Positions 23,341-33,393 of a stretch of DNA of 64,000 bases are shown one piece after another. Under the pieces are notes generated by a model. That model did no database searches. It saw only the letters and a program-made list of their open reading frames with translations, and was not told the DNA's origin. A program made the position numbers and the translations under genes. Source of the DNA: an uncultured Gammaproteobacteria bacterium (lineage in GTDB: Bacteria; Pseudomonadota; Gammaproteobacteria; Competibacterales; Competibacteraceae); the NCBI GenBank assembly GCA_963695105.1, contig CAVOGC010000008.1, forward strand, positions 16,030 to 80,029. The letters run 5' to 3'. Position 1 is the stretch's first letter, and each line of letters starts with the position of its first letter.

Positions 23341-23426
23341 GCGGGTACGCGGTACTTTGCGGTTTGCGGCAACCTGGCGGTTTATAATCCATCGCCGAAC
23401 CGTCCTTACGCCAACCGGAAACCCGC

Positions 23427-24458
23427 ATGGATACTCTCACCCTCACCCGCCCCGACGACTGGCATCTGCACCTGCGCGACGGCGCGGCCCTGCGCGCGGT
23501 CGTCCCGCACAGCGCCCGCCAGTTCGCCCGCGCCATCGTCATGCCCAACCTGCGTCCGCCGGTGACGACGACCGAACAGGCGCTGGCCTACCGGACGCGG
23601 ATTCTGGACGCGGTACCGGCCGGACTGGAATTCCAACCTCTGATGACGCTGTACCTGACCGACAACACCCCGCCGGCCGAAATCGCCCGCGCCCAAACTT
23701 CCGGCCACATCCACGCCTGCAAGCTCTATCCGGCCGGCGCGACCACGAATTCCGACTCCGGCGTGACCGCCGTTCGCAAGATCTACCCGGTACTGGAGGC
23801 GATGCAAATTCAAGGCTTGCCGTTGTTGATCCACGGCGAAGTCACCGACCCGGGCGTGGATGTTTTCGACCGCGAGGCGGTGTTCATCGACCGGGTTTTG
23901 ATTCCGGTGGTTCGCGATTTTCCCGCGTTACGGATCGTGCTGGAGCACATCACCACCCAGGATGCGGCGGACTACGTGCGGGTCGCGCCGCCCACGGTCG
24001 CGGCGACGATCACCGCCCATCACCTGCTCTACAACCGCAATGCAATCTTCCAGGGCGGCATCCGGCCACATTACTACTGCCTGCCGGTGCTCAAGCGCGA
24101 GCGCCACCGGCAGGCGCTGGTTAAAACCGCCACCAGCGGCGATCCCAAATTCTTCCTCGGCACCGACAGCGCCCCGCATCCACGCTCGGGCAAGGAAACC
24201 ACCTGCGGCTGCGCCGGCTGCCATACCGCTCATGCCGCGCTGGAGTTGTACGCCGAGGCGTTCGATTCGGTCGACGCCCTGGATAAGCTGGAAGCCTTCG
24301 CCAGCTTTCACGGCGCGGATTTTTACGGCCTGCCGCGCAACGCCGGAACGATCACCCTGCGCCGCCAGCCGACGACCGTGCCCGCTTCGTTCCCGTTTGA
24401 CGACGATGAACTGATCCCGCTACGAGCCGGAGAAATGCTGGCGTGGCGTCTGGCATAG
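23427..24458 (+). CDS. pyrC: dihydroorotase (class II, homodimeric type)
   Basis: 343 aa; [10 protein letters not shown] metal-binding motif and C-terminal region typical of E. coli-type PyrC. Confidence 0.9.
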   Translation: MDTLTLTRPDDWHLHLRDGAALRAVVPHSARQFARAIVMPNLRPPVTTTEQALAYRTRILDAVPAGLEFQPLMTLYLTDNTPPAEIARAQTSGHIHACKLYPAGATTNSDSGVTAVRKIYPVLEAMQIQGLPLLIHGEVTDPGVDVFDREAVFIDRVLIPVVRDFPALRIVLEHITTQDAADYVRVAPPTVAATITAHHLLYNRNAIFQGGIRPHYYCLPVLKRERHRQALVKTATSGDPKFFLGTDSAPHPRSGKETTCGCAGCHTAHAALELYAEAFDSVDALDKLEAFASFHGADFYGLPRNAGTITLRRQPTTVPASFPFDDDELIPLRAGEMLAWRLA

Positions 24459-24642
24459 GCTTGGCCCGCGATGGCTTGGCTTGACCCACGGAGATTTTCC
24501 ACAATCGCGGCGCGATGGGCTGACCACCGTAGGGTGTTCACTCTAATTTTGCTTGCTAAAGTAGCCTCAACAAAGCTTGAAACCCGCCGGCGAAATCAGA
24601 AACCGGCATCACGATCAAGACCTTGCGTCGAGGAGAGTCATC

Positions 24643-25032
24643 ATGACAAGCGTTGCGTTGCAGAATATCGTGGAAAACCCCGTGGGCGCCAACATTCGCG
24701 AATCGGCCAACCGGATTTGGCTGGCCGGGCTGGGCGCCTTCGCCAAGACCCAGGAAGAAGGCGAAAAACTGTTCCAGTTGCTGGTCAAGGAAGGGGAGCA
24801 GGTGGAGAAGCGCGCCCGGCAAACCGCCGAAGCCCGCATCGAGGAAGCCAAGGATAAAGTGGTCGAATTTCGCGGCAAGGCCAGCCAGCAAATTGACCGG
24901 CTGGAGGAGTTGTTCCAGGATCGCGTCGCCCAAGTACTGAACCGGATGGGCGTGCCGACCCAGGACGACATTCAGGAACTGACCAAGCGGGTCGAGGCGC
25001 TAAACGAGAGCATCAAGGCGCTAAAAAAGTAG
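24643..25032 (+). CDS. phasin family (PHA granule-associated) protein
   Basis: 129 aa from ATG 24643 (AGGAGAG SD); NRIWLAGLGAFAKTQEEG..coiled coil typical of PhaF/PhaI-type phasins. Confidence 0.7.
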   Translation: MTSVALQNIVENPVGANIRESANRIWLAGLGAFAKTQEEGEKLFQLLVKEGEQVEKRARQTAEARIEEAKDKVVEFRGKASQQIDRLEELFQDRVAQVLNRMGVPTQDDIQELTKRVEALNESIKALKK

Positions 25033-25060
25033 GCGCCGCCGCTCAATCGGCCTGACTCAA

Positions 25061-25097
25061 GACCTCGTGGCCCCGCGCCGCGAGGTCTTTTTGTTTT
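25061..25097 (+). terminator. rho-independent terminator after phasin gene
   Basis: gacctcg(tggccccgcgccg)cgaggtc stem-loop followed by tttttgtttt. Confidence 0.6.
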
Positions 25098-25191
25098 ACA
25101 ATCAATTCCTAGCCCCACCGATTCACCGCCAAACAGTCAGGGTCGATTCCATGCCGGATCACTTGGAACTCATGCGATCAGGAGCCATGCC

Positions 25192-25340
25192 ATGAACGCG
25201 CCCTCTTCTCCGCAATCCCCGCTCTGGCACACGCTATCCCCCGATCAGGTTCTGCGCGAACTGGACACCGCGCCCGGCGGCCTGAGCGAAGAGGAAGCCG
25301 CCCAACGACTGGACATTCACGGTCCCAACCGGCTGCGCCT
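25192..25340 (+). pseudogene. truncated duplicate of the 5' end of the P-type ATPase gene (first about 50 codons)
   Basis: about 125 bp (25213-25337) nearly identical (1-2 mismatches) to 27576-27700 of the intact ATPase gene; own start codon with AGGAG SD, different first 8 codons; homology ends at 25340. Confidence 0.75.
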
Positions 25341-25366
25341 TCCCCGGCAACCGTTGGAGTCACGGC

Positions 25367-25528
25367 AACCGTCAAAGTCAGGTCTTGCCTTTTGCGGCTC
25401 TACTCCCATGGCGGTTGCTTCCCGAGTCAAGCCGACGATGTCGGAAATACAAAGCGTATCCGGCGGGTGAACGCATCGAAACTCGCTTGAATGGGTACTG
25501 AAAGGGAAACCGCGTCATATAGCGATCC
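25367..25528. repeat. about 160-bp repeat element, copy 2
   Basis: aaccgtcaaagtcaggtcttgccttttgcggctctactcccatgg..ccgacgatgtcggaaataca..gaatggg.. aligns with 23179-23340. Confidence 0.7.
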
Positions 25529-25744
25529 TATCTGACTGTGGAGCCACCGTTTCGAACCGCCCCGACGCTGCGCGCCACATCTTCTTGGCCAAGGTAGGGG
25601 AAATTCCATAAGTGGGCATAGGAATGCCATAGCTGTTGACCCGGCAGGTTGAGTACGTGCGTTCGCATACGCCGCCACTCCCTTGGAAATCATCCGGCAA
25701 TGCAACACTTATGCACGACCTTACAGAGTCGAGGATAGCCGACA

Positions 25745-27397
25745 ATGCATGAAGTCTTCAGCGAATTCGCCCTGCTGCTGCTGATTTCCGCCGCCGCCGG
25801 CGCCCTGGCCATGCGACTGCGCCAGCCGGTGCTGATCGCCTATATCGTCGTTGGTATCGTCGCCGGGCCGGCGGTGCTGGGGCTGGTGACAGCGCAAGAC
25901 CAGATTGATTTGCTTGCCCAGGTCGGTGTGGCCGTGTTGCTGTTCATGGTGGGACTCAAACTCGATCTCCCACACGTTCGCCATATCGGCCCGGTGGCGC
26001 TGGCCACCGGCCTCGGGCAACTCGGTTTCACCATCGTCCTCGGCTTCGCTCTTATCCTGCTCATGGGCAAGAGTGTGATGGAGGCGCTTTACGTAGCGGT
26101 GGCGCTGACGTTTTCCAGCACCATCATCATCATCAAGCTACTGTCCGACAAGCACGAGATCGATTCCCTGCACGGGCGAATCGCGGTGGGCTTTCTGATC
26201 GTGCAGGACCTGGCCGTGGTGCTGGCCATGATGGCCATGAGCGCCCTGCGCGGCGGCGGTCAGGTCGGGGGCGCCGAGGTGGCCTTGTCGCTGGCCGGGC
26301 GGGTGACGGCGGCGGTTGCGCTGCTCTACGTTCTCATGCGCCACGTACTGCCTTGGGTGGTGACCCACATGGCCCGCTCCCAAGAGTTACTGCTGATTTT
26401 CGCGCTCGCCTGGGGCACGAGCCTTGCCGCGCTGGGCGAATGGACCGGCTTCAGCAAGGAGGCCGGCGCCTTTCTGGCCGGCTTCTCGCTGGCTTCGACC
26501 GCCTACCGCGACGCCATCAACGCGCGGCTCGCCGGCATCCGCGACTTCCTGCTGCTGTTCTTCTTCATCGACTTGGGAGCCAAGCTCGACTTTTCCACCC
26601 TCAGTGGCGAGCTATGGCCGGCGGCCGTGCTGTCTCTCTTCGTTCTCATCGGCAACCCACTGATCGTCATGGTCATCATGGGCTACATGGGCTACCGCAA
26701 GCGCACCGGCTTCCTCGCCGGGCTCACCGTGGCGCAGATCAGCGAGTTTTCCATCATCTTCGTGGCCATGGGCATCTCTCTCGGCCATGTCGGCGTAGAG
26801 GCGCTGGGACTCACTACCCTGGTGGGCCTGGTGACCATCGCCCTGTCTACTTACATGATTCTCTATTCCCATCCGCTGTATGAGCGGCTGGCGCCCTGGC
26901 TGAGGGTATTCGAACGGCGCCGTCCACACCGGGAATTGACGGTGGAGATGGAGCGCCGGGCGCTAGACCAACCCGACGTGATCGTCTTCGGTCTCGGCCG
27001 CTTCGGCGCGAGGTTGGCCTTCGGACTCAAGGAAGCGGACCTTCAAGTTCTCGGCGTGGATTTCGACCCCGAAGTGGCGAGCAGGATGCGCCACAAGGGA
27101 CTTGCCATACACTACGGCGACGGCACGGACACCAACTTTCTCGAGGGTTTGCCCCTGGCGGGCACGGCCTGGGTCGTGAGCACCTTTCCAGACCTCGCTT
27201 CGAACCTAAGCCTGCTACGGGCGCTGCGGGAGCGTCGTTGCGGCGCTGAAGTAGCCATCGTCGCGCGCCAGGAAGAGGAAGGCTTGGCACTCAAGCGGGC
27301 CGGCGCTCCGACCGTCATATACCCCATGCGTAACGCTGTGGATTACACCGTGGAAGCACTGACCGCAATCATCCGGCCGATCAAGAAATCCATATGA
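25745..27397 (+). CDS. CPA2-family cation:proton antiporter (Kef-type) with C-terminal RCK/TrkA-N domain
   Basis: 550 aa, about 12 TM helices then Rossmann-like GLGRFGARLAFGL RCK domain. Confidence 0.8.
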   Translation: MHEVFSEFALLLLISAAAGALAMRLRQPVLIAYIVVGIVAGPAVLGLVTAQDQIDLLAQVGVAVLLFMVGLKLDLPHVRHIGPVALATGLGQLGFTIVLGFALILLMGKSVMEALYVAVALTFSSTIIIIKLLSDKHEIDSLHGRIAVGFLIVQDLAVVLAMMAMSALRGGGQVGGAEVALSLAGRVTAAVALLYVLMRHVLPWVVTHMARSQELLLIFALAWGTSLAALGEWTGFSKEAGAFLAGFSLASTAYRDAINARLAGIRDFLLLFFFIDLGAKLDFSTLSGELWPAAVLSLFVLIGNPLIVMVIMGYMGYRKRTGFLAGLTVAQISEFSIIFVAMGISLGHVGVEALGLTTLVGLVTIALSTYMILYSHPLYERLAPWLRVFERRRPHRELTVEMERRALDQPDVIVFGLGRFGARLAFGLKEADLQVLGVDFDPEVASRMRHKGLAIHYGDGTDTNFLEGLPLAGTAWVVSTFPDLASNLSLLRALRERRCGAEVAIVARQEEEGLALKRAGAPTVIYPMRNAVDYTVEALTAIIRPIKKSI

Positions 27398-27554
27398 AAT
27401 CCCTGGCTTTTTTCCGCCCGCATGGATCGACGTTTTTCCGGAACGCTTTGGAACGCGGCTTCTCTTGCGTGTGGCCGCGAGCCCGAACAACTCGTCGGCG
27501 CACGGGTATACTGTCACAAATTAAAGATACTCTCCGCGAACCAGGAATAGCATC

Positions 27555-30278
27555 ATGATCGAACAACCCTCCCCGCAACAATCCCCGCTCTGGCACACGC
27601 TATCCCCCGATCAGGTTCTGCGCGAACTGGACACCGCGCCCGGCGGCCTGAGCGAAGAGGAAGCCGCCCGACGACTGGACATTCACGGTCCCAACCGGCT
27701 GCGCCCTCCGCAGCGACGCGGGCTGCTCGCGCGCTTCCTGCTGCAATTCCACAACGTATTGATCTACCTGCTGCTGGTTTCGGCCGCGATCACCGGCACG
27801 CTGGGCCACGGCATCGACACCGCCGTGATCCTGGGCGTGGTCCTCATCAACGCCATCGTCGGCTTCGTGCAGGAAGGCAAGGCCGAATCGGCCATGGCCG
27901 CCATCCGCAACATGCTGTCGCCGCACGCCATGGTCTTGCGCGACGAGCAGCGCCAGGAAATCCCCGCCGAGGAACTGGCGCCCGGCGACTGGGTGCTGCT
28001 GCAATCGGGCGACAAGGTGCCCGCCGACTTGCGGCTGATCGAGGCCAGGAATCTGCGGATTCAGGAAGCGGTGCTCACCGGCGAGGCCGAGGCGGTGAAT
28101 AAAACCACGGCCCCCGTCCCGGCCGCGGCGGCGCTCGGCGACCGCGCCGGCATGGCGTATTCCGGCACCCTGGTCAGCTACGGTCAGGGGCTGGGCGTGG
28201 TGGTGGCGACCGGCGAACAGACCGAGATCGGCCGAATCAGCATTCTGCTGGAGCAGGTCGAGGAAATCGCCACGCCCCTGCTGCGGCAGGTGGCGCAATT
28301 CGGCCGCTGGCTGAGCCTGGCCATCCTGGTGGTGGCCGGCGCCACCTTTGCCGCCGGCGTACTCTGGCGCGGCCAGTCCATGGACGACATGTTCATGGCG
28401 GCGGTGGCGCTGGCGGTGGCGGCGATTCCCGAGGGGCTGCCGGCGATCATGACCATCATCCTGGCCATCGGCGTCCAGCGCATGGCGGCGCGCAACGCCA
28501 TCATCCGCCGGCTGCCGGCGGTGGAAACGCTAGGCTCGGTGACCGTAATCTGTTCGGACAAGACCGGCACCCTGACCCGCAACGAAATGACCGTGCAGCG
28601 GGTCGTCACCACCGACCGACTCTTCGAAGTCAGCGGCGTCGGTTACGCGCCGACCGGCGGGTTCAGCATCGGGGGCGAACCGATCATGCCGGAAGACGCC
28701 GCCGACTTGCAGGTCATCGCCCGCGCCGTGCGCCTGTGCAACGACGCCAATCTGCGCGAGCGCGAGGGCGAATGGCGCATGGACGGCGACCCCACCGAAG
28801 GCGCGCTGCTGGCCCTGGCGCTGAAATCCGGCCTCGACCCGATGGCCGAGCAGGCCCGGTTCCGCCGTCTGGACAGCATTCCCTTCGAGTCCGAGCACCG
28901 CTTCATGGCGACCCTGCACCACGATCATCACGGCGAGCATGTGATCCACGTCAAGGGTGCGCCGGAACGGGTGCTGGCAATGTGCGCGGACGAACAGCAT
29001 CCCGATAACGCGCAACCCTTGCACCCGGAGTACTGGCACGAACACATCGAGGCGCTGGCGACGCAGGGCCAGCGGGTGCTGGCGGTTGCCCGCCGGCCGG
29101 TGCCCAAAACCCAGCACGAACTGACCTTCGCCGACGTCGAGGCCGGATTGACCCTGCTCGGCCTGCTCGGCATCAGCGACCCGCCGCGCGAGGAAGCGAT
29201 CCGGGCGGTACGACTCACCCAGCAGGCCGGCATTCGAGTCAAGATGATCACCGGCGACCACGGCGCCACGGCGCGGGCCATCGCCGCCCAGCTTGGCATC
29301 GGCGACAACCGGCGGGTACTGGCCGGACCGGAGCTGGAAACCATGGACGAGGCGGCGCTGCGGTCAGTGGTCCTGGACACCGATGTGTACGCCCGCGCCA
29401 GCCCCGAGCACAAGCTGCGGCTGGTCGCGGCCCTGCAGGACAACCACCAGGTGGTGGCGATGACCGGCGACGGCGTCAACGACGCCCCGGCGCTCAAGCG
29501 CGCCGACGTCGGGGTGGCGATGGGAATGAAGGGCACCGAAGCGGCCAAGGAAGCGGCCGAGATGGTGCTGGCCGACGACAATTTCGCGTCCATCACCCAC
29601 GCGGTGGAGGAAGGCCGCACGGTCTACGACAATCTGCGCAAGGCGCTGCTGTTCACCCTGCCGACCAACGGCGCCGAAGCGCTGATCATCATCACCGCCA
29701 TCTTGTTCGGCACGGCGCTGCCGCTGACGCCGGTGCAGGTGCTGTGGGTGAACATGGTGACGGCGGTCACGCTGTCGCTGTCGCTGGCCTTCGAACCGGC
29801 CGAGGCGAACGTGATGCGGCGGCGGCCGCGCGACCCCGGCGAACCGCTGGTGAACGGCTTCATGCTATGGCGGATCGCCCTGGTGTCGGTACTATTGGTG
29901 ATCGCCCCGCTGAACCTGTTTCTGTGGCAAACCGCGCAGGGCGTCTCTCCCGAGGCGGCGCGCACCGTGGCGGTCAACGCGCTGGTGATGGGCGAAATCT
30001 GTTATCTGTTCAACAGCCGCTTCATTTTCGATTCCTCGCTTTCGCGCCAGGGCCTGCTGGGCAGCCGTCCGGTGCTGATCACCATTGGCATCCTGCTGGT
30101 ATTGCAACTGGCTTTCACCTATTTCCCGCCGGTGCAACGGTTGCTGGGCACCGCGCCGATCAGCGCCGCCGACTGGGGCATCGTCACCTTGGCCGGCGTG
30201 GCGGTCTTCCTGCTGGTGGAGTTGGAAAAAGTGGTCTGGCGCCGGCTGCGGCCCGTGCCGTCCACCGAGGAAACTTAG
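27555..30278 (+). CDS. P2-type cation-transporting P-type ATPase (Ca2+-ATPase-like)
   Basis: 907 aa; DKTGTLT phosphorylation site, TGDGVNDAPAL hinge, PEGLP in TM4, N-terminal cation-ATPase domain. Confidence 0.9.
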   Translation: MIEQPSPQQSPLWHTLSPDQVLRELDTAPGGLSEEEAARRLDIHGPNRLRPPQRRGLLARFLLQFHNVLIYLLLVSAAITGTLGHGIDTAVILGVVLINAIVGFVQEGKAESAMAAIRNMLSPHAMVLRDEQRQEIPAEELAPGDWVLLQSGDKVPADLRLIEARNLRIQEAVLTGEAEAVNKTTAPVPAAAALGDRAGMAYSGTLVSYGQGLGVVVATGEQTEIGRISILLEQVEEIATPLLRQVAQFGRWLSLAILVVAGATFAAGVLWRGQSMDDMFMAAVALAVAAIPEGLPAIMTIILAIGVQRMAARNAIIRRLPAVETLGSVTVICSDKTGTLTRNEMTVQRVVTTDRLFEVSGVGYAPTGGFSIGGEPIMPEDAADLQVIARAVRLCNDANLREREGEWRMDGDPTEGALLALALKSGLDPMAEQARFRRLDSIPFESEHRFMATLHHDHHGEHVIHVKGAPERVLAMCADEQHPDNAQPLHPEYWHEHIEALATQGQRVLAVARRPVPKTQHELTFADVEAGLTLLGLLGISDPPREEAIRAVRLTQQAGIRVKMITGDHGATARAIAAQLGIGDNRRVLAGPELETMDEAALRSVVLDTDVYARASPEHKLRLVAALQDNHQVVAMTGDGVNDAPALKRADVGVAMGMKGTEAAKEAAEMVLADDNFASITHAVEEGRTVYDNLRKALLFTLPTNGAEALIIITAILFGTALPLTPVQVLWVNMVTAVTLSLSLAFEPAEANVMRRRPRDPGEPLVNGFMLWRIALVSVLLVIAPLNLFLWQTAQGVSPEAARTVAVNALVMGEICYLFNSRFIFDSSLSRQGLLGSRPVLITIGILLVLQLAFTYFPPVQRLLGTAPISAADWGIVTLAGVAVFLLVELEKVVWRRLRPVPSTEET

Positions 30279-30907
30279 AGACAAGCCTGCGGGTGCGATG
30301 TTTCAGATGCGGGCATGGCGCTTACCGGCGCAAACAGACAATTCGCCCGCCGCCATCGACCGGCGGAACCGGCCAACGGGCGGGTCAATGACGCGAATTG
30401 GGCGGCGCCGGCGGGAAATCCCGGAAAGTGGGAACCCGGTCCCCGTCCGGTTCCGGACGGTTCGCCGCACCCATGGTCTCCTCGGCCAAGCCGAGCGAAA
30501 TCGGCCGGCTCGTCCGACAGCAGGTTGTCGTACAGGGTCGGGTCCCAGCACTCGATTCGATGGGCGTAGGCCAACAGGATCACGGCGTCGCGGATGCCGG
30601 CGTAGTCCAGCAGCCGCCGAGGCAACAGCAGCCGGCCGCTGCCGTCCAGTTCCAGCTCGGTCGCGCCGCGATGGAAATAGCGGACGAACTCGCGGTGCTT
30701 CTTGACGTACAGGTTGAGGCGGTCGAGTTCGGCGGTTACCCGCCGCCACTCCGGCAGCGGGTATAACACCAGGTGTTGCTCGAAACCGCGGTTGACCACC
30801 AACCGTCCCTCGGTCTCGGGCGGCAACTGCTTTCTCAGCGCGACCGGCAACGCGATCCGCGCCTTGGAATCGAGTTTGCATTCGAATTCGCCGAGAAAAT
30901 TCGTCAT
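30275..30907 (-). CDS. MraZ-family protein (orphan; 60-aa low-complexity C-terminal extension)
   Basis: N-terminal 150 aa match MraZ duplicated SpoVT/AbrB-like domains (CKLDSKARIALPVALRKQL.., ELDGSGRLLLPRRLLDYAGI); not followed by rsmH/dcw genes. Confidence 0.65.
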   Translation of the reverse strand: MTNFLGEFECKLDSKARIALPVALRKQLPPETEGRLVVNRGFEQHLVLYPLPEWRRVTAELDRLNLYVKKHREFVRYFHRGATELELDGSGRLLLPRRLLDYAGIRDAVILLAYAHRIECWDPTLYDNLLSDEPADFARLGRGDHGCGEPSGTGRGPGSHFPGFPAGAAQFASLTRPLAGSAGRWRRANCLFAPVSAMPASETSHPQACL

Positions 30908-31108
30908 GACTCCAGCTTAGCCGCGTTCGGTCATCCCTGACAAATATTCAAACATTTCGAAGGGCGCGAACCACTTTGCTGCCGATCTTCATCTTATTCT
31001 CCCTCGCCCTCTTCGCATCAGCAAGCCGTCCGACCCGACCTGAAGGGAATGACGGCCATGGACAGCCCATTCAAGGACGCCGTTGCCGGTCGGGGGTGGG
31101 CGCACTGT

Positions 31109-32893
31109 TCAAGGCTCCCTGGGTTTGGGCGACGCGACGGGTTGCCCGGCGGCGGCCTGACCCAGACCTCGCGCCACCGTGCTGTTGCCGAGAAAACCGA
31201 AGATCGCCGCCGCCGCCGGTAGTGAAGCGCCGGAGTCGCTGCCCTCCACCAGCACGCTCGGCACCTTGACCGCATCGGGGTTGGCGGCGATGAACGCCAG
31301 CACTTCCTTGACCATTGCCAACTGGTAGGTCAATTCCCGGCCCAGTACGTTGGCCTGGGCCTGCTGGCCGGCGGCGATTTCCTGCAAGCGCAACTTCTCG
31401 CCCTCGCCGCGCAACTGCGCCGCCGTGCGATCCTGCTTGGCCACCTCGACCTGAATTTCCGCCCGCACCAGCTCCGGTTGCTGTTCGGCGGTGGCGCGGG
31501 CCTTTTCGGTTCTGATCCGCTCTTCCTGCGCCTGCTGCTCCTTGCGGAAGGTGGTGATCATCTGCTGGGCCAATTGCTCGCGCTTGCGGGCCAGCAGCAG
31601 TTCGGGCGGAATCACCGGGTCGCCGAAACGCACTTCGCGGATCGACACCCCGGCGTTGCGCGCCTCGGGGATCAGCGCATCCAGCACCGCCTGCTCCAAC
31701 TGCGGCCGCTTGTCCTGTAAATCCAGCACCCGGCGCACGCTTTGCAGGTTGTCGCCATCCTGACCGTCCGCGATCGGCGCCGTGGACCCGGTGACGTTGC
31801 GCACGATGCTGCGCACGGTCGGGGTGATGATCTTGTCCTCGACCGCCTGCAAATCGCCCACCGAAGCCACCACGAACGGCGCGTCCTCCGGCGCAACCTG
31901 GGCCAGCACCCGCAGATCCTGCGGGATTTCCCAGCCCTCGACCCGCAGCAATACGGCGTTATCGGCGGCGCTCTGCGGCGTCACGATCTCCTCCCGCTCG
32001 GCGGTCTGCTCGATCTGACCGTTCTGATTCAAGGTCAGGTTGATCCGCCGCCGGGCATAGCCGCCCTGGTACTGCCAGGTCTGGATGCGGGTATCAACCA
32101 GCGTGACCTCGTAGGCCCGCCGGTTGAGGTAATAGGTGCCGGGCAGCAGCGGCTCGTTCCAGACCCCGCGGCAACCCTTGGGCACCAGCGGGATCGACTG
32201 TTTGGCGGTGCGTTCGTCGCGCACTGGCCGACAGGCGTCGTCCGGCTTTTGCTGCACGTTCGACTTGATCACCGCCACGAAACCGGCTGGAATCGAGGTG
32301 GCCAGAAACTGATCCCCCTTGACGTGGACGTCGAACAGGTACTGATTCAGCCGGTAGCGGCCCGGCTTCAGCACCGTCAGTTGCGGCCCTTTCTGACCCT
32401 TCCCTTCGGTCAGAAAATAGCGGGCGTCGAGCATCTTCTGTTCATCGGACCAGGCATCGGTCAGAAACTGATCCGGCCGCAGCGGCAAGCCGTCGCGGGT
32501 GACGAGGTAGCCGTAGCGACCCTCCGGAATCGTGGTCACCGCTTGCTGCTCGACCTCGTACAGCAGGTTCAGCAGGGGCTTGAAGTGGAAGCCGGGACCG
32601 AGAATCTCCGCCTGGGGACCCGCCTCGCCATCCATGGCGATGATGTGGCCGGGCGGCAACTGCTTGAGTCCGTAGATCAGTTTCAGATGGCCGACCTTGT
32701 CCTGATCGACGATCACGAACGAGGTCGCCAGGATCATGAACACCGCCGCCAGCGCCAGGGCCAAGCGCGTGCCGGTTCTGAGCCAGCCCAGCGACAACGC
32801 CTTGCCCCCGCGGGTGGTTCGGGTTTCCGGGATCAGGCGCGGCACGAAGATCGCGCCGAGCGCGAACAGAACGATCAACAGCAACAGGGTCAT
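31109..32893 (-). CDS. flotillin-like SPFH-domain membrane protein (YqiK-like)
   Basis: 594 aa; N-terminal TM, SPFH/band-7 domain, long Glu/Ala/Gln-rich coiled coil. Confidence 0.7.
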   Translation of the reverse strand: MTLLLLIVLFALGAIFVPRLIPETRTTRGGKALSLGWLRTGTRLALALAAVFMILATSFVIVDQDKVGHLKLIYGLKQLPPGHIIAMDGEAGPQAEILGPGFHFKPLLNLLYEVEQQAVTTIPEGRYGYLVTRDGLPLRPDQFLTDAWSDEQKMLDARYFLTEGKGQKGPQLTVLKPGRYRLNQYLFDVHVKGDQFLATSIPAGFVAVIKSNVQQKPDDACRPVRDERTAKQSIPLVPKGCRGVWNEPLLPGTYYLNRRAYEVTLVDTRIQTWQYQGGYARRRINLTLNQNGQIEQTAEREEIVTPQSAADNAVLLRVEGWEIPQDLRVLAQVAPEDAPFVVASVGDLQAVEDKIITPTVRSIVRNVTGSTAPIADGQDGDNLQSVRRVLDLQDKRPQLEQAVLDALIPEARNAGVSIREVRFGDPVIPPELLLARKREQLAQQMITTFRKEQQAQEERIRTEKARATAEQQPELVRAEIQVEVAKQDRTAAQLRGEGEKLRLQEIAAGQQAQANVLGRELTYQLAMVKEVLAFIAANPDAVKVPSVLVEGSDSGASLPAAAAIFGFLGNSTVARGLGQAAAGQPVASPKPREP

Positions 32894-32941
32894 AAGCCAT
32901 CTCGTTTAAATACAAAGGAAAGTCGATTATCGCACGCTGCG

Positions 32942-33316
32942 TCAAGGGGCCAACTCTCGCTCCAAAGTCGCCCATTCCGCGTCGCTGAACAGGCGCGAGC
33001 GGGTCAGGAAACGCAATCTCTCCGGCCCTTCCAGCGAGAACATGCCGCCCCGTCCGGGCACGACATCGATAATAAGCTGGGTATGCTTCCAGTATTCGTA
33101 CTGGGCGGCGCCGATGTAAAACGGGCAACCGCCGATCTCGCCCAACCGCACGTCGCCGTCGCCCACCAGCAACTCGCCGTCGGGATAACACATCGGCGAA
33201 CTGCCGTCGCAGCAACCGCCGGATTGATGGAACATCAGCGGACCGTGCTTGGCCTTGAGCCGCGCGATCAGATCCAGGGCGGCGTCCGTCGCCAATACGC
33301 GGGAAACGCTAGTCAT
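32942..33316 (-). CDS. DUF779 family protein
   Basis: SGGCCDGSSPMCYP motif characteristic of DUF779, typically encoded next to aldehyde dehydrogenases; start at ATG 33316. Confidence 0.65.
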   Translation of the reverse strand: MTSVSRVLATDAALDLIARLKAKHGPLMFHQSGGCCDGSSPMCYPDGELLVGDGDVRLGEIGGCPFYIGAAQYEYWKHTQLIIDVVPGRGGMFSLEGPERLRFLTRSRLFSDAEWATLERELAP

Positions 33317-33339
33317 GACGAGCCTCCATCGGGTTGAAC

Positions 33340-33375
33340 CCACCCGCATCTTCAACCCCTCTCCAACGGGAGAGG
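33340..33375. repeat. REP-like palindrome cccctctcc-aac-gggagagggg (member of family also at 45255, 52128, 53403)
   Basis: 9-bp perfect inverted repeat immediately downstream of the aldehyde dehydrogenase stop; possible terminator. Confidence 0.6.
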
Positions 33376-33393
33376 GGAGAATGAACGGCGACC

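Noticed and set aside
23164-23565. 133-aa ORF spanning repeat copy 1 and pyrC start
   Set aside because: Runs through the non-coding repeat and into pyrC in a different frame; the equivalent region in repeat copy 2 is not conserved at the protein level.
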